NCBI GenBank assembly: GCA_021604525.1
Contig: BQJD01000002.1
Coordinates: 24,282-88,281 of the forward strand
Length of the DNA stretch: 64,000 nucleotides
Source of the DNA: a marine bacterium B5-7
GTDB lineage: Bacteria; Pseudomonadota; Gammaproteobacteria; Arenicellales; CAJQKF01
Direction of reading: 5' to 3'
Below, piece by piece: positions 1 to 8,189 of the stretch; the first letter of the stretch is position 1, and every line of letters begins with the position of its first letter. Under the pieces are notes generated by a model, which saw only the letters and a list, made by a program, of their open reading frames with translations, had not been told where the DNA came from and made no database searches. A program made the translations under genes and the position numbers.

Positions 1-739
1 GACTGGCGCCAAGGCCAACAGCAGAACACCATGCATCCATGGATCCGCACACAACCGGCACGCCGATCATGGCCTCCGGAAGGTTGTCGTGTGCAATCAC
101 GCAACCGACGACATCATGCGCTTCAACACGCTCGGGTAACATTTCGAGAGGCAGTCCGGTGGCTTGAACTGCCTTTGTCAAAAGCAGTCCTGATTGATCG
201 AGTATCATCCAGTTGGATTGGTGATCGGATACACAACGACCGGTAAGACGACATACCAGAAAATCCTTTGGCTGAAGAATTGCGGCTGCTGCAGCGACCT
301 CTTGTGGATGGTGATCTACAAGCCATTTAAATCGTGCCAGTGGATGGAACACATTGATCGGATTACCTTGATAATCAAACTCGCTGGCCAGATGCGCAGC
401 TTCCTCAAACGCGCGGCTGTCATCCCACATGATTGCAGGACCCAATGGATCAAATGATGCATCCACAAGAACCTGGCTGCGGGTGCCACCGGTGACAGCG
501 ATAGCATCAAGGGATTGGATGAACGGCGCTATCTCAATCAACATCTCCGTAAAACAACGCCACCAGTGTCGAGGGTCCTGTTCGCGCAGACGCGACCCGG
601 GCGATGCCGTCAATAAAGGACGTGCGGCGCAAATGCAAGGTTCGCCTGTATGCGCGAATACCGCCATTCGAATCGAACTGGCCCCGAGATCGATCGCCAG
701 AATTGAACCATTGGAAGTTTGGTGGGTAATCGAAGCCAT
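1..739 (-). CDS. FGGY-family carbohydrate kinase (xylulokinase/glycerol-kinase-like), 5' part; the C-terminus lies beyond the left window edge
   Basis: Absent from the ORF track because it is open at the window edge. Hand translation of the minus strand from ATG (complement of 737-739) gives MASITHQTSNGSILAIDLGASSIRMAVF...AIAVTGGTRSQVLVD...IMWDDSRA...LQPKDFLVCRLTG...VCGSMDAWCSAVGLGA. These are typical FGGY N-domain motifs. Confidence 0.75.
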   Translation of the reverse strand, partial: MASITHQTSNGSILAIDLGASSIRMAVFAHTGEPCICAARPLLTASPGSRLREQDPRHWWRCFTEMLIEIAPFIQSLDAIAVTGGTRSQVLVDASFDPLGPAIMWDDSRAFEEAAHLASEFDYQGNPINVFHPLARFKWLVDHHPQEVAAAAAILQPKDFLVCRLTGRCVSDHQSNWMILDQSGLLLTKAVQATGLPLEMLPERVEAHDVVGCVIAHDNLPEAMIGVPVVCGSMDAWCSAVGLGAS

Positions 740-947
740 CGAAATCGGTTGTTTAACAATCAAGGGTTATGCAGTTTGAAAACGTGATATGGACAGGTGA
801 CATCAGCAGGCGTTTTAATGATTAATGAATAACCGAAACCTGCAGCTTTAATATTAACAGGCTGATTGGAAAGAACTAATGTGTCTACCGTTTCAATATT
901 CCGTAAATGAATCGCGATATTCGTCCGGACTTTGGTAACCTCTTATC

Positions 948-2879
948 ATGAATTCACAAAATACAGGATTTCCAGTCAACCTGAAACGCAGCGCTCTTCT
1001 GATTCTCTTGCTCTGTCATTCGGCGACCAGCCAGGCCGAGATTAAGAAAATTCACCTGCCTATCTCGCTTGACAATACCTATTTACAACAAGCTGTACTC
1101 GCCCAAGCTTATACCGAGCCGGACAATAGCGCACGTGTCTGGGACGATGGTAGTGGCTGCAACTTTATGGTGCTGAGGAACCCTGCCTTCGATACCCTCG
1201 ATGGTCGTCTGCGACTGGTCACTGACGGTCAGGTGAGAGTTGGCAAACGATTCGGTGATAGCTGCCTGGTTGCCGTTGACTGGTCGGGAATCATGGAAAC
1301 CTACCAGGAGGTGAGCGTTGACGCGGCCACTTCGACACTGAAGTTTACAGTCATTGATTCGACATTAAGTGACGAGGGCGGTCTGACGGGTACGGTCTGG
1401 GACCTCGCCAAACAATACATGCATCCACGACTCAGTGCCGTGAAAATTGAACTCGGTCATGCCTTTACCGAACTCGGTGAAGTAATCGGTCACGTATTTC
1501 CAGAAGAGCCGGAACGGGTTGCGGCAATTCTTGATACCTTAACCATAGAGTCGGCGCGGGTGGTGGATAACGGGATTGAAGTGCAATTGGCATTCGCTGT
1601 CGATACCACCACGGCAGACACCAACGATATCACTACGCCACAGCCTGCCCTGACAGAAGAGGAAATGAAGCGCTATCAGGAATCGACGCAAAATTTTGAT
1701 AGCTTTCTAACCAACATCATCAAATACATGGCTTTTACCATCAGCGATCCCGCGATTCGACGTGATTTGCTGTATGTGCTTATCGAGGCCCGATATGACA
1801 TCCTGAGAGTCCTGAATGAGCCTTCCAGAACAGGGCTGGTGGATCCGGTGCGTGCACTTTTTGTAAGAACCTGGGCACGACTGTCGCCCATCCTCAGGGA
1901 ACTCGGTCCGGAAGAATCCGGACTGCGCGGTTTTGAATTACTGAGCTTTATAGCCGCAGCCGATGCACTGCACGCACTTGATTCACTCGGTCCTGAACTC
2001 AATCTCGAAATCTCGGCTAATGGCCTGCGTCGGATGGCTCGAATTCTGAACCCCGAAGCAACCGACGATCCGCTGAAATTCGACGAGGCAGTCGATTCCG
2101 ATCTTCGCGATATGTTTGAATTTTCCGCACCACGTCCTCCTGAATCCAACACCAACGAGAGCAATCCCGGTAACGACACGAACGAGAGTCGATACGAGCC
2201 TTCACCGCCATACGCACCGGACGTCGCATCGATACCCCAACGGTTATCGCGGCTCACATTCATTCCTGCCTATGCGGCCAACCCGATTGATAAGTCCATT
2301 TTGAAGCGACTTAACAGTTGGATACCCAAAGACGACGAATTCGAGGAGTACCTGCCGTTGGTACGCGACGTACTTTACCAGGCGGCCGAACAGACATTGG
2401 ATGATTCGAAACTTGAACCCTCCAGGCAAAGAATGTTCGAAACACTGGTACTTGCCACGGCCTGGCAGGAAACCTGCTGGCGTCAGTACACAGTCGTTCA
2501 GCGTCGGCTGGTGCCCATCAAATCTACAGGTGGCGCGCTTGGGATCATGCAGATCCTGCCTTCTGTCTGGCGCGGATTCTACGATCCCAACGGCCTTGCA
2601 TGGGATATCAGTTACAACGCTGCCGCTGGTAGCGAGATCTTGCTGCATTATCTTAAGGACTACGCCATTGCCCGCGGCGAACACGAGGAAAAGGGCGGCG
2701 AAGACAATCTACCGATGGCGACTTACGCAGCTTATAACGGCGGACCCGGGCAACTTGACCGCTATCGCCTCAAGGACACACCCAAGAGCCTGCACAAGAT
2801 TGATGCATCATTCCTTAAAAAATACAGGGCCATTGCCAAAGGCAACGATCTGGCGGTACTTACCTGTTTTACTGGTTGA
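948..2879 (+). CDS. Secreted lytic transglycosylase (C-terminal SLT domain) with a long N-terminal region of unknown function
   Basis: 643-aa ORF with an N-terminal signal peptide (LLILLLCHSATSQA/E). C-terminal SLT motifs: ATAWQETCWRQY, GALGIMQILPSVW, YNAAAGSEILLHYL, AYNGGPG. Confidence 0.8.
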   Translation: MNSQNTGFPVNLKRSALLILLLCHSATSQAEIKKIHLPISLDNTYLQQAVLAQAYTEPDNSARVWDDGSGCNFMVLRNPAFDTLDGRLRLVTDGQVRVGKRFGDSCLVAVDWSGIMETYQEVSVDAATSTLKFTVIDSTLSDEGGLTGTVWDLAKQYMHPRLSAVKIELGHAFTELGEVIGHVFPEEPERVAAILDTLTIESARVVDNGIEVQLAFAVDTTTADTNDITTPQPALTEEEMKRYQESTQNFDSFLTNIIKYMAFTISDPAIRRDLLYVLIEARYDILRVLNEPSRTGLVDPVRALFVRTWARLSPILRELGPEESGLRGFELLSFIAAADALHALDSLGPELNLEISANGLRRMARILNPEATDDPLKFDEAVDSDLRDMFEFSAPRPPESNTNESNPGNDTNESRYEPSPPYAPDVASIPQRLSRLTFIPAYAANPIDKSILKRLNSWIPKDDEFEEYLPLVRDVLYQAAEQTLDDSKLEPSRQRMFETLVLATAWQETCWRQYTVVQRRLVPIKSTGGALGIMQILPSVWRGFYDPNGLAWDISYNAAAGSEILLHYLKDYAIARGEHEEKGGEDNLPMATYAAYNGGPGQLDRYRLKDTPKSLHKIDASFLKKYRAIAKGNDLAVLTCFTG

Positions 2880-2977
2880 TGCGGGTTTGGTGTTGGACCA
2901 AAAAGTGGTGCCGCAGAATTTATTGCACCTATCGTTCGACATGCATTAGAGCCACTTCGCTCCAAGACCCTGGCATT

Positions 2978-3026
2978 GCTGGAGCGGGTGATGGGAATCG
3001 AACCCACGTTAAGAGCTTGGGAAGCT
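2978..3026 (-). repeat. 49-bp perfect copy of the 3' part of tRNA-Gly (CCA end to anticodon loop); putative att-type direct repeat, distal copy
   Basis: gctggagcgggtgatgggaatcgaacccacgttaagagcttgggaagct is identical at 2978-3026 and 6294-6342. The sequence diverges immediately on both sides. Confidence 0.9.
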
Positions 3027-3665
3027 GCATCATCTGCCTATTCATATGTTGATCATATTCAAGGATTCGCCGCTTCAGCTAGCCGGATCAGGGAATCATC
3101 GTGCCAGGTAGAGTAAAGGTGCTAGTGGATGCGGTAGATTCACAGTTCCTGATCCGCCATACCCCACATACAGTGTCACACATTTATCTGTAGTGAGTTA
3201 ATAACAATAACGAATTGCGGTAGGGCGGCTAATACATGGGGGCATTACAGTATCGACAATACCACCTTACGTGAGCTTGACTTTGCCATTCTCTCATCTG
3301 GATTTCTCGTCTTGTCTGGACTTTACAGGCCCATCAAGAGGAGAAATCATCTTCCGATTATTTTCAATTCCGTGATCGGTAAGATCTCTGTTTTTCGCAC
3401 CGCCATAGGTAGTGTTTTAGCTGTTTGAATTAGTCAAATTCCTCTTCGACTATTGTCTCATGTCCAGCTTTTGCAGAGGTTCCTTAAATGACGAAATCGA
3501 TATCTCACGGGAATTTTCAGTATAATTCCTCCTTTTCCTGGTTTAAACCACAAATTCCCGCGAACTGATTCAGCCTGAGTCGGGAAAACGCTGGGATAAC
3601 TTGAATCGACCAAATCAATCATGCATTTGTATGTGCTTTGATGGATTTTACCAGCGGATCGGAGA

Positions 3666-5660
3666 TTGGAGATGAAAATACTGGCGCGACTTCGACGTTC
3701 AATATTTTTATTTATGGCTTTACTGCCACTGTTCTCCGTGGCCAATGCACAAGTGATAGACGCCGCATTGCAACTCAATGGCGCCACCTATTTCTTTATT
3801 GGCAATGTTTACTTCAGATTGCATGGAAGCCAAGTGGATAAAAACTATCCGTTGGCATTACCCGGAGGCTGGAAGGACCTGCCAAAAAGCTTTCACTCCG
3901 GCATCGATGCGGCGTTTTACCATCCAAAGAAAAAACGATCCTATTTCTTCAAGGGCAATCAATATGTCCGGCTGAATGGAACCAGGGTGGAACCGGGTTA
4001 TCCCAAACCCATCACCCAATGGAAGGGCCTGCCGGATGATTATCGTCAGGGTATCGAGGCAGCGGTGTACCGGGGGGGATACACCTATTTCTTTCGTTCC
4101 GGCAGTTATGTCCGTATCCGAAACACCACGGTGGATTCAGATTATCCGAAGTTGCTTCCCGGCGGATGGAAACTGCGAAAGATCAACTATTCAGGGCTGA
4201 CCGCCATGTTCAATGATCGGGCCAGGAACAAGAATTATATGTTCTTCAAAGATACGTACTGGCAATTGAATGATATCAAGTTGGATGGAGATTTCCGTAA
4301 TATGGCCAACTGGAAGGGTCTGATTGGGGAGGATGAACTCAGGGTCTATGTACAGGTGAATCAAGTTCCGCAATCCATTTGGGAGAACAAGCCCATTATT
4401 GCATCCTGTCACTACTATATTAAAACCCGGGGTGGATCAACAAACAACAAGGACTTCAGAATACCCATTTTTCTGGAGGCCAACTGGATTTACGACGAAT
4501 ATCAAGACGGACTGGAGAATAAAAACAATACCGGAGGTGGATCCGGTGAGCCAAATCCAAGAAAATTCATCGATATTCCCTTACTACATGGCCGATCGTC
4601 TTATCAGGATGTGCAGGGCAAACTGGTTTCAACATTGGCACCCAGCCTACCCGGCTCCTATAAGTACAGATGCCGTATCGGCAGCACGCAGATCAAGCAA
4701 TCGAACAAGAAAGACGATGTTCACGAGACCACGGTTTCGGTAAAGGGAGAGTGGCCAATTAAAAAAGAGGAAATACCGACACCTCTAATCATGTATCCCT
4801 ATCAACCTGCAATGGACATTGATGACACAACGGAAGTCATAGAGATGACCGGTCTGATTGCACCGGATAAAGTGGCCTTATGGGAATTCGCCGCCCAACG
4901 CACCGTGGTTTTCGATGAACGTTGGAATTTCCAGCTACTCAAAAAATCCGGAAGTCAGTACATCCCGGTTTCCACTTATTCCGGCAGTTTTACAAAATCC
5001 CAGATTCTCGATCGGGACTGGTCGTTCAAATCTGCGATTCCCAAAGCACAAGTGGCAATGCTCAGCGCAGGTCAATACAAACTGGAAAGCTGGCTCAGTC
5101 AGGCAGACACGCCAGAGGGGGAAATTTCCGGCCCAAAAACCAGTTTCGAATTCAGAATCAATCGCAAGTTCAAACTATCACCCAACATAACGGCGTTGGA
5201 TGAGTCCGGCGTAAGGCCCATACAGTCGGGCATGGTGTTACTTAATGTACTGGGCAAACCCGACCTGACCGTTCTGAATAAAGTGCACGCAGTGGGAAAG
5301 GACCATAAACCAAACGATATAATTCAATTTACCGATAATGATGCGGTCAATTGGGACAATGGTAGATGTGCCTTACCGATTCAGTTCTTTATCAACAACC
5401 GGGGTTCTACAGATGTTCAAGAGACTTTCAAGACTCGGATATTTATTTCCAACAACAATCGTTCTGTCAGGCAGGTCGGCGGCATCGGGGCAGGAAACAA
5501 CAAGACGATCGAGTCGAAAATCTGGCTCACTCCAGGTGTTGTCACTGAATTCAGCATCGAAGTGGATATCGACAATTCAGTCCAGGAATCATCGGAAAGA
5601 AACAACCAGGCGCACTTTAAAGGGATGGTATCCGGCGATTGCAGCGATCGGGTGCAATAG
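3666..5660 (+). CDS. Secreted hemopexin-like repeat protein (4 blades) with an uncharacterised beta-rich middle region and a C-terminal CARDB-like domain
   Basis: 664-aa ORF with signal peptide MEMKILARLRRSIFLFMALLPLFSVANA/Q. Four ~48-aa repeats (aa ~31-224) fit the hemopexin pattern IDAA..(x)YFF.G..Y.R......(D/G)YP..I/L..W.GLP. The C-terminus reads PDLTV...FFINNRGSTDV...IEVDIDNSVQESSERNN, which is CARDB-like. Confidence 0.7.
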   Translation: MEMKILARLRRSIFLFMALLPLFSVANAQVIDAALQLNGATYFFIGNVYFRLHGSQVDKNYPLALPGGWKDLPKSFHSGIDAAFYHPKKKRSYFFKGNQYVRLNGTRVEPGYPKPITQWKGLPDDYRQGIEAAVYRGGYTYFFRSGSYVRIRNTTVDSDYPKLLPGGWKLRKINYSGLTAMFNDRARNKNYMFFKDTYWQLNDIKLDGDFRNMANWKGLIGEDELRVYVQVNQVPQSIWENKPIIASCHYYIKTRGGSTNNKDFRIPIFLEANWIYDEYQDGLENKNNTGGGSGEPNPRKFIDIPLLHGRSSYQDVQGKLVSTLAPSLPGSYKYRCRIGSTQIKQSNKKDDVHETTVSVKGEWPIKKEEIPTPLIMYPYQPAMDIDDTTEVIEMTGLIAPDKVALWEFAAQRTVVFDERWNFQLLKKSGSQYIPVSTYSGSFTKSQILDRDWSFKSAIPKAQVAMLSAGQYKLESWLSQADTPEGEISGPKTSFEFRINRKFKLSPNITALDESGVRPIQSGMVLLNVLGKPDLTVLNKVHAVGKDHKPNDIIQFTDNDAVNWDNGRCALPIQFFINNRGSTDVQETFKTRIFISNNNRSVRQVGGIGAGNNKTIESKIWLTPGVVTEFSIEVDIDNSVQESSERNNQAHFKGMVSGDCSDRVQ

Positions 5661-5846
5661 GGAACACTGAGCGTCATCAACAACACCAATGTATTTGTAC
5701 AGAATGCTCAGTACGATAATCTATCCCTTAAGCCGGATCTGAAACTGAATTTCACCGAGCCCATGTCCGGCTATATCGAGATTCAGAACATCGGTGAAAG
5801 CCGATTGCCAAAACGGCGGAAATCTCCATCCAATGCTGGCATTTAA
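5661..5846 (+). pseudogene. In-frame continuation after the TAG stop of the hemopexin/CARDB gene; it encodes the start of a second CARDB-like module (likely a truncated remnant)
   Basis: Hand translation directly after TAG (5658-5660), same frame: GTLSVINNTNVFVQNAQYDNLSLKPDLKLNFTEPMSGYIEIQNIGESRLPKRRKSPSNAGI*, with stop TAA at 5844-5846. PDLKL...GYIEIQNIGES mirrors the start of the upstream CARDB-like domain (PDLTV...). Confidence 0.45.
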
Positions 5847-6293
5847 AACCTACAGGCGCTCAAGGATCATATAATGGTGGAATTCGTTGCATGACACTTT
5901 TGGCACCGCCCCTGGCCTTAAATGAAGTGTGACCTTATTGCTGCAGTAACCGGACTTAACCAGGGCGAGTATTGGTAGGGCAGACCTAAATTGCCGACTG
6001 CGGAAATCAGGTCAAGTCAAGGGTAGGAAGCGAATGGGTTGGAAGGCGGATTTGATAACCCATCAACAAGATAGACGTTTAACACTCGGGGTAAGCAATA
6101 ATCGCGGGCGGCCACTGACATGAGTTTTTTTTCGTGAGCCAGCATCCAGATTCCATGGCCTAAAAATGTGCGTCACTTAAACTGTCGAAGTGCTGTTATC
6201 AGACGCTGGCGAACCCATCGAATTGCATCGTGATTCGAGCATCCATGTAAAAAACGAGCGAACTATCTACATCGCTAAAAGCTATCTTGTTTA

Positions 6294-6342
6294 GCTGGAG
6301 CGGGTGATGGGAATCGAACCCACGTTAAGAGCTTGGGAAGCT
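6294..6342 (-). repeat. 49-bp direct repeat, proximal copy (inside the intact tRNA-Gly plus 2 bp beyond its CCA end)
   Basis: Identical to 2978-3026. Confidence 0.9.
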
Positions 6343-6369
6343 CCCGTTCTACCATTGAACTACACCCGC
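6296..6369 (-). tRNA. tRNA-Gly (anticodon CCC), CCA encoded
   Basis: The reverse complement folds as a cloverleaf. Acceptor GCGGGTG/CACCCGC, D arm GTTC-AATGGTA-GAAC, anticodon arm GGAGC-TTCCCAA-GCTCT, variable TAAC, T arm GTGGG-TTCGATT-CCCAT, discriminator T, CCA. Length 74 nt. Confidence 0.9.
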
Positions 6370-6376
6370 CGTTAAT

Positions 6377-6568
6377 TCAGCCCGTAGAGCAGCTCATGTC
6401 TTGCCCGCAGCATTGGGGCGATTTGATCATGCCGTGACCATTGGGGCACTTCGATACCTGTACGTCATTACCTTCGACGTCAATGCTACCGTTCTCAAGT
6501 GGGGCATCGCATTTTCCGCATGTCGCGTTCACACTCATCCCACATTTTTCACATTCATACGTAGCCAT
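6377..6568 (-). CDS. Small cysteine-rich (zinc-ribbon-like) protein, function unknown
   Basis: 63 aa starting from the second ATG, which is preceded by AAGGAG 7 nt upstream: MATYECEKCGMSVNATCGKCDAPLENGS...KCPNGHGMIKSPQCCGQDMSC. It has two CxxC pairs plus C/H/CC/C. It lies between gltD and tRNA-Gly on the same strand. Confidence 0.55.
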   Translation of the reverse strand: MATYECEKCGMSVNATCGKCDAPLENGSIDVEGNDVQVSKCPNGHGMIKSPQCCGQDMSCSTG

Positions 6569-6668
6569 ATCATATTCTCCTTTTGTCAATTCAACTGATT
6601 TTGTTGTTTATGTCGATGCCTTTCGCCATCACATAAGTCAGAAAATTACTGCTGTCTTTAGTTCGTAG

Positions 6669-8108
6669 TTACCTCGGTAATTCCGAGTGCCCCATCAGGT
6701 ATTCATCGACGGCACGAGCGGCCTGGCGGCCTTCGCGTATCGCCCATACCACCAATGACTGGCCGCGACGCATATCGCCTGCAACAAAGACGTTATCGAT
6801 ACTGGTACGATAGTTCTCCTCGTTGGCATTGACGTTGCCACGACCATCAAGTTCGACTCCGAGATCGACCAGCAGGCCTTCATGAACGGGATGCACGAAA
6901 CCCATTGCCAGCAAAATCATGTCTGCCTTGATGACGAATTCGCTGCCCTCGATCTCCTGCATTTGCCATGCACCCTTGTCATTTTTAACCCACTCAAGAC
7001 GAATGAGCTGGAGTCCGGTTACACGGCCATTGTCACCGACTACCGACTTGGTTGCCACGGACCAATCTCGATTACAACCCTCATCGTGGGAAGTTGATGT
7101 TCGCAATTTGAGCGGCCAGTTCGGCCAGGTTAACAGTTTATTCTCGCGTTCTGGCGGCTTGGGCATAATCTCAAGCTGGGTCACGCTTGCTGCTCCTTGC
7201 CGATTGGACGTGCCAACACAGTCGGCACCGGTATCGCCACCACCGATTACAACTACGTGCTTATCAGTCGCCAGAATGTCCTTGCCGATATATCCTTCAC
7301 CACTGACCCGCCGGTTTTGCTGGGTCAAAAAGTCCATGGCGAAAAAGGTGCCTTCAAAATCGCGGCCAGGAACTTCGAGGTCACGGGGTTTTTCTGAACC
7401 ACCGGTCAGCACAATGGCATCGTAACCATTAAGCAGTTTTTCAACCTCCACATTTTTTCCAACGTGAGAGTTGGGACGAAAGCGAACGCCTTCCGCCTGC
7501 ATTTGCGCAATACGCCTGTCGACGTGCTCGGCGGACATTTTGAAATCCGGTATACCATAGCGAAGCAGTCCGCCCATTCGACGATTCTTTTCAAACACCA
7601 CCGTGCGATGACCAGCCCGGGCAAGCTGCTGGGCGCAGGCGAGACCCGCCGGACCTGAGCCGATTACGGCAACACGCTTCCCGGTTTTGTGACGCGGAAC
7701 CCGAGGCAAAACCCAGCCTTCCTGCCAACCTCGATCGATAATGGCGCACTCTATGGTTTTAATGGTAACCGGCTCGTCATCAAGATTCAGGGTGCAGGAT
7801 GCCTCGCACGGCGCCGGACAGATCCGTCCGGTAAATTCCGGAAAGTTGTTGGTGGAATGCAGAACATCAAGTGCCTCGCGCCAACGATCGTGGTAGACCA
7901 GATCGTTCCACTCGGGAATGATGTTATTGACCGGACAACCTTCGTGACAATAAGGAATACCGCAACTCATGCATCGCGCCGCCTGATCGCGGGTGTCCCG
8001 CTCTGTCAACGGGATGACGAATTCCTTGAAATCGGTGAGACGCTGCTGAATCGGTAAATAGCTTCGATCGCGACGGCGTATTTCCATAAAACCGGTATCT
8101 TTACCCAT
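6669..8108 (-). CDS. gltD: Glutamate synthase (NADPH) small subunit
   Basis: Starts at [15 protein letters not shown] (internal Met of the 495-aa ORF). Motifs: CMSCGIPYC...[14 protein letters not shown], and dinucleotide fold [14 protein letters not shown]. Sits directly downstream of gltB. Confidence 0.9.
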   Translation of the reverse strand: MGKDTGFMEIRRRDRSYLPIQQRLTDFKEFVIPLTERDTRDQAARCMSCGIPYCHEGCPVNNIIPEWNDLVYHDRWREALDVLHSTNNFPEFTGRICPAPCEASCTLNLDDEPVTIKTIECAIIDRGWQEGWVLPRVPRHKTGKRVAVIGSGPAGLACAQQLARAGHRTVVFEKNRRMGGLLRYGIPDFKMSAEHVDRRIAQMQAEGVRFRPNSHVGKNVEVEKLLNGYDAIVLTGGSEKPRDLEVPGRDFEGTFFAMDFLTQQNRRVSGEGYIGKDILATDKHVVVIGGGDTGADCVGTSNRQGAASVTQLEIMPKPPERENKLLTWPNWPLKLRTSTSHDEGCNRDWSVATKSVVGDNGRVTGLQLIRLEWVKNDKGAWQMQEIEGSEFVIKADMILLAMGFVHPVHEGLLVDLGVELDGRGNVNANEENYRTSIDNVFVAGDMRRGQSLVVWAIREGRQAARAVDEYLMGHSELPR

Positions 8109-8189
8109 GATGCATGTATCCGAAAAACGTGGGCGCGCACAAAGTCCGCCAGCCATGATTGAACAGTGAATTCAGCTTCGCCATAACCA

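Noticed and set aside
1676-2263. 195-aa minus-strand ORF
   Set aside because: It is antisense to the SLT-domain gene, Ser/Arg-rich and low-complexity.
2880-2977. Possible second tRNA or tRNA remnant just left of the 49-bp repeat (it starts GCGGG and contains GTTCGAC and ...CGCTCCA)
   Set aside because: I could not fold an acceptor stem or a T arm. GCGGGTT against ACTTCGC gives only 3 Watson-Crick pairs plus wobbles. The resemblance is probably coincidental. tRNAscan-SE or ARAGORN would settle it.
3458-3787. 109-aa minus-strand ORF overlapping the start of the hemopexin gene
   Set aside because: It overlaps the signal-peptide region of a much better supported gene on the opposite strand and has no motifs.
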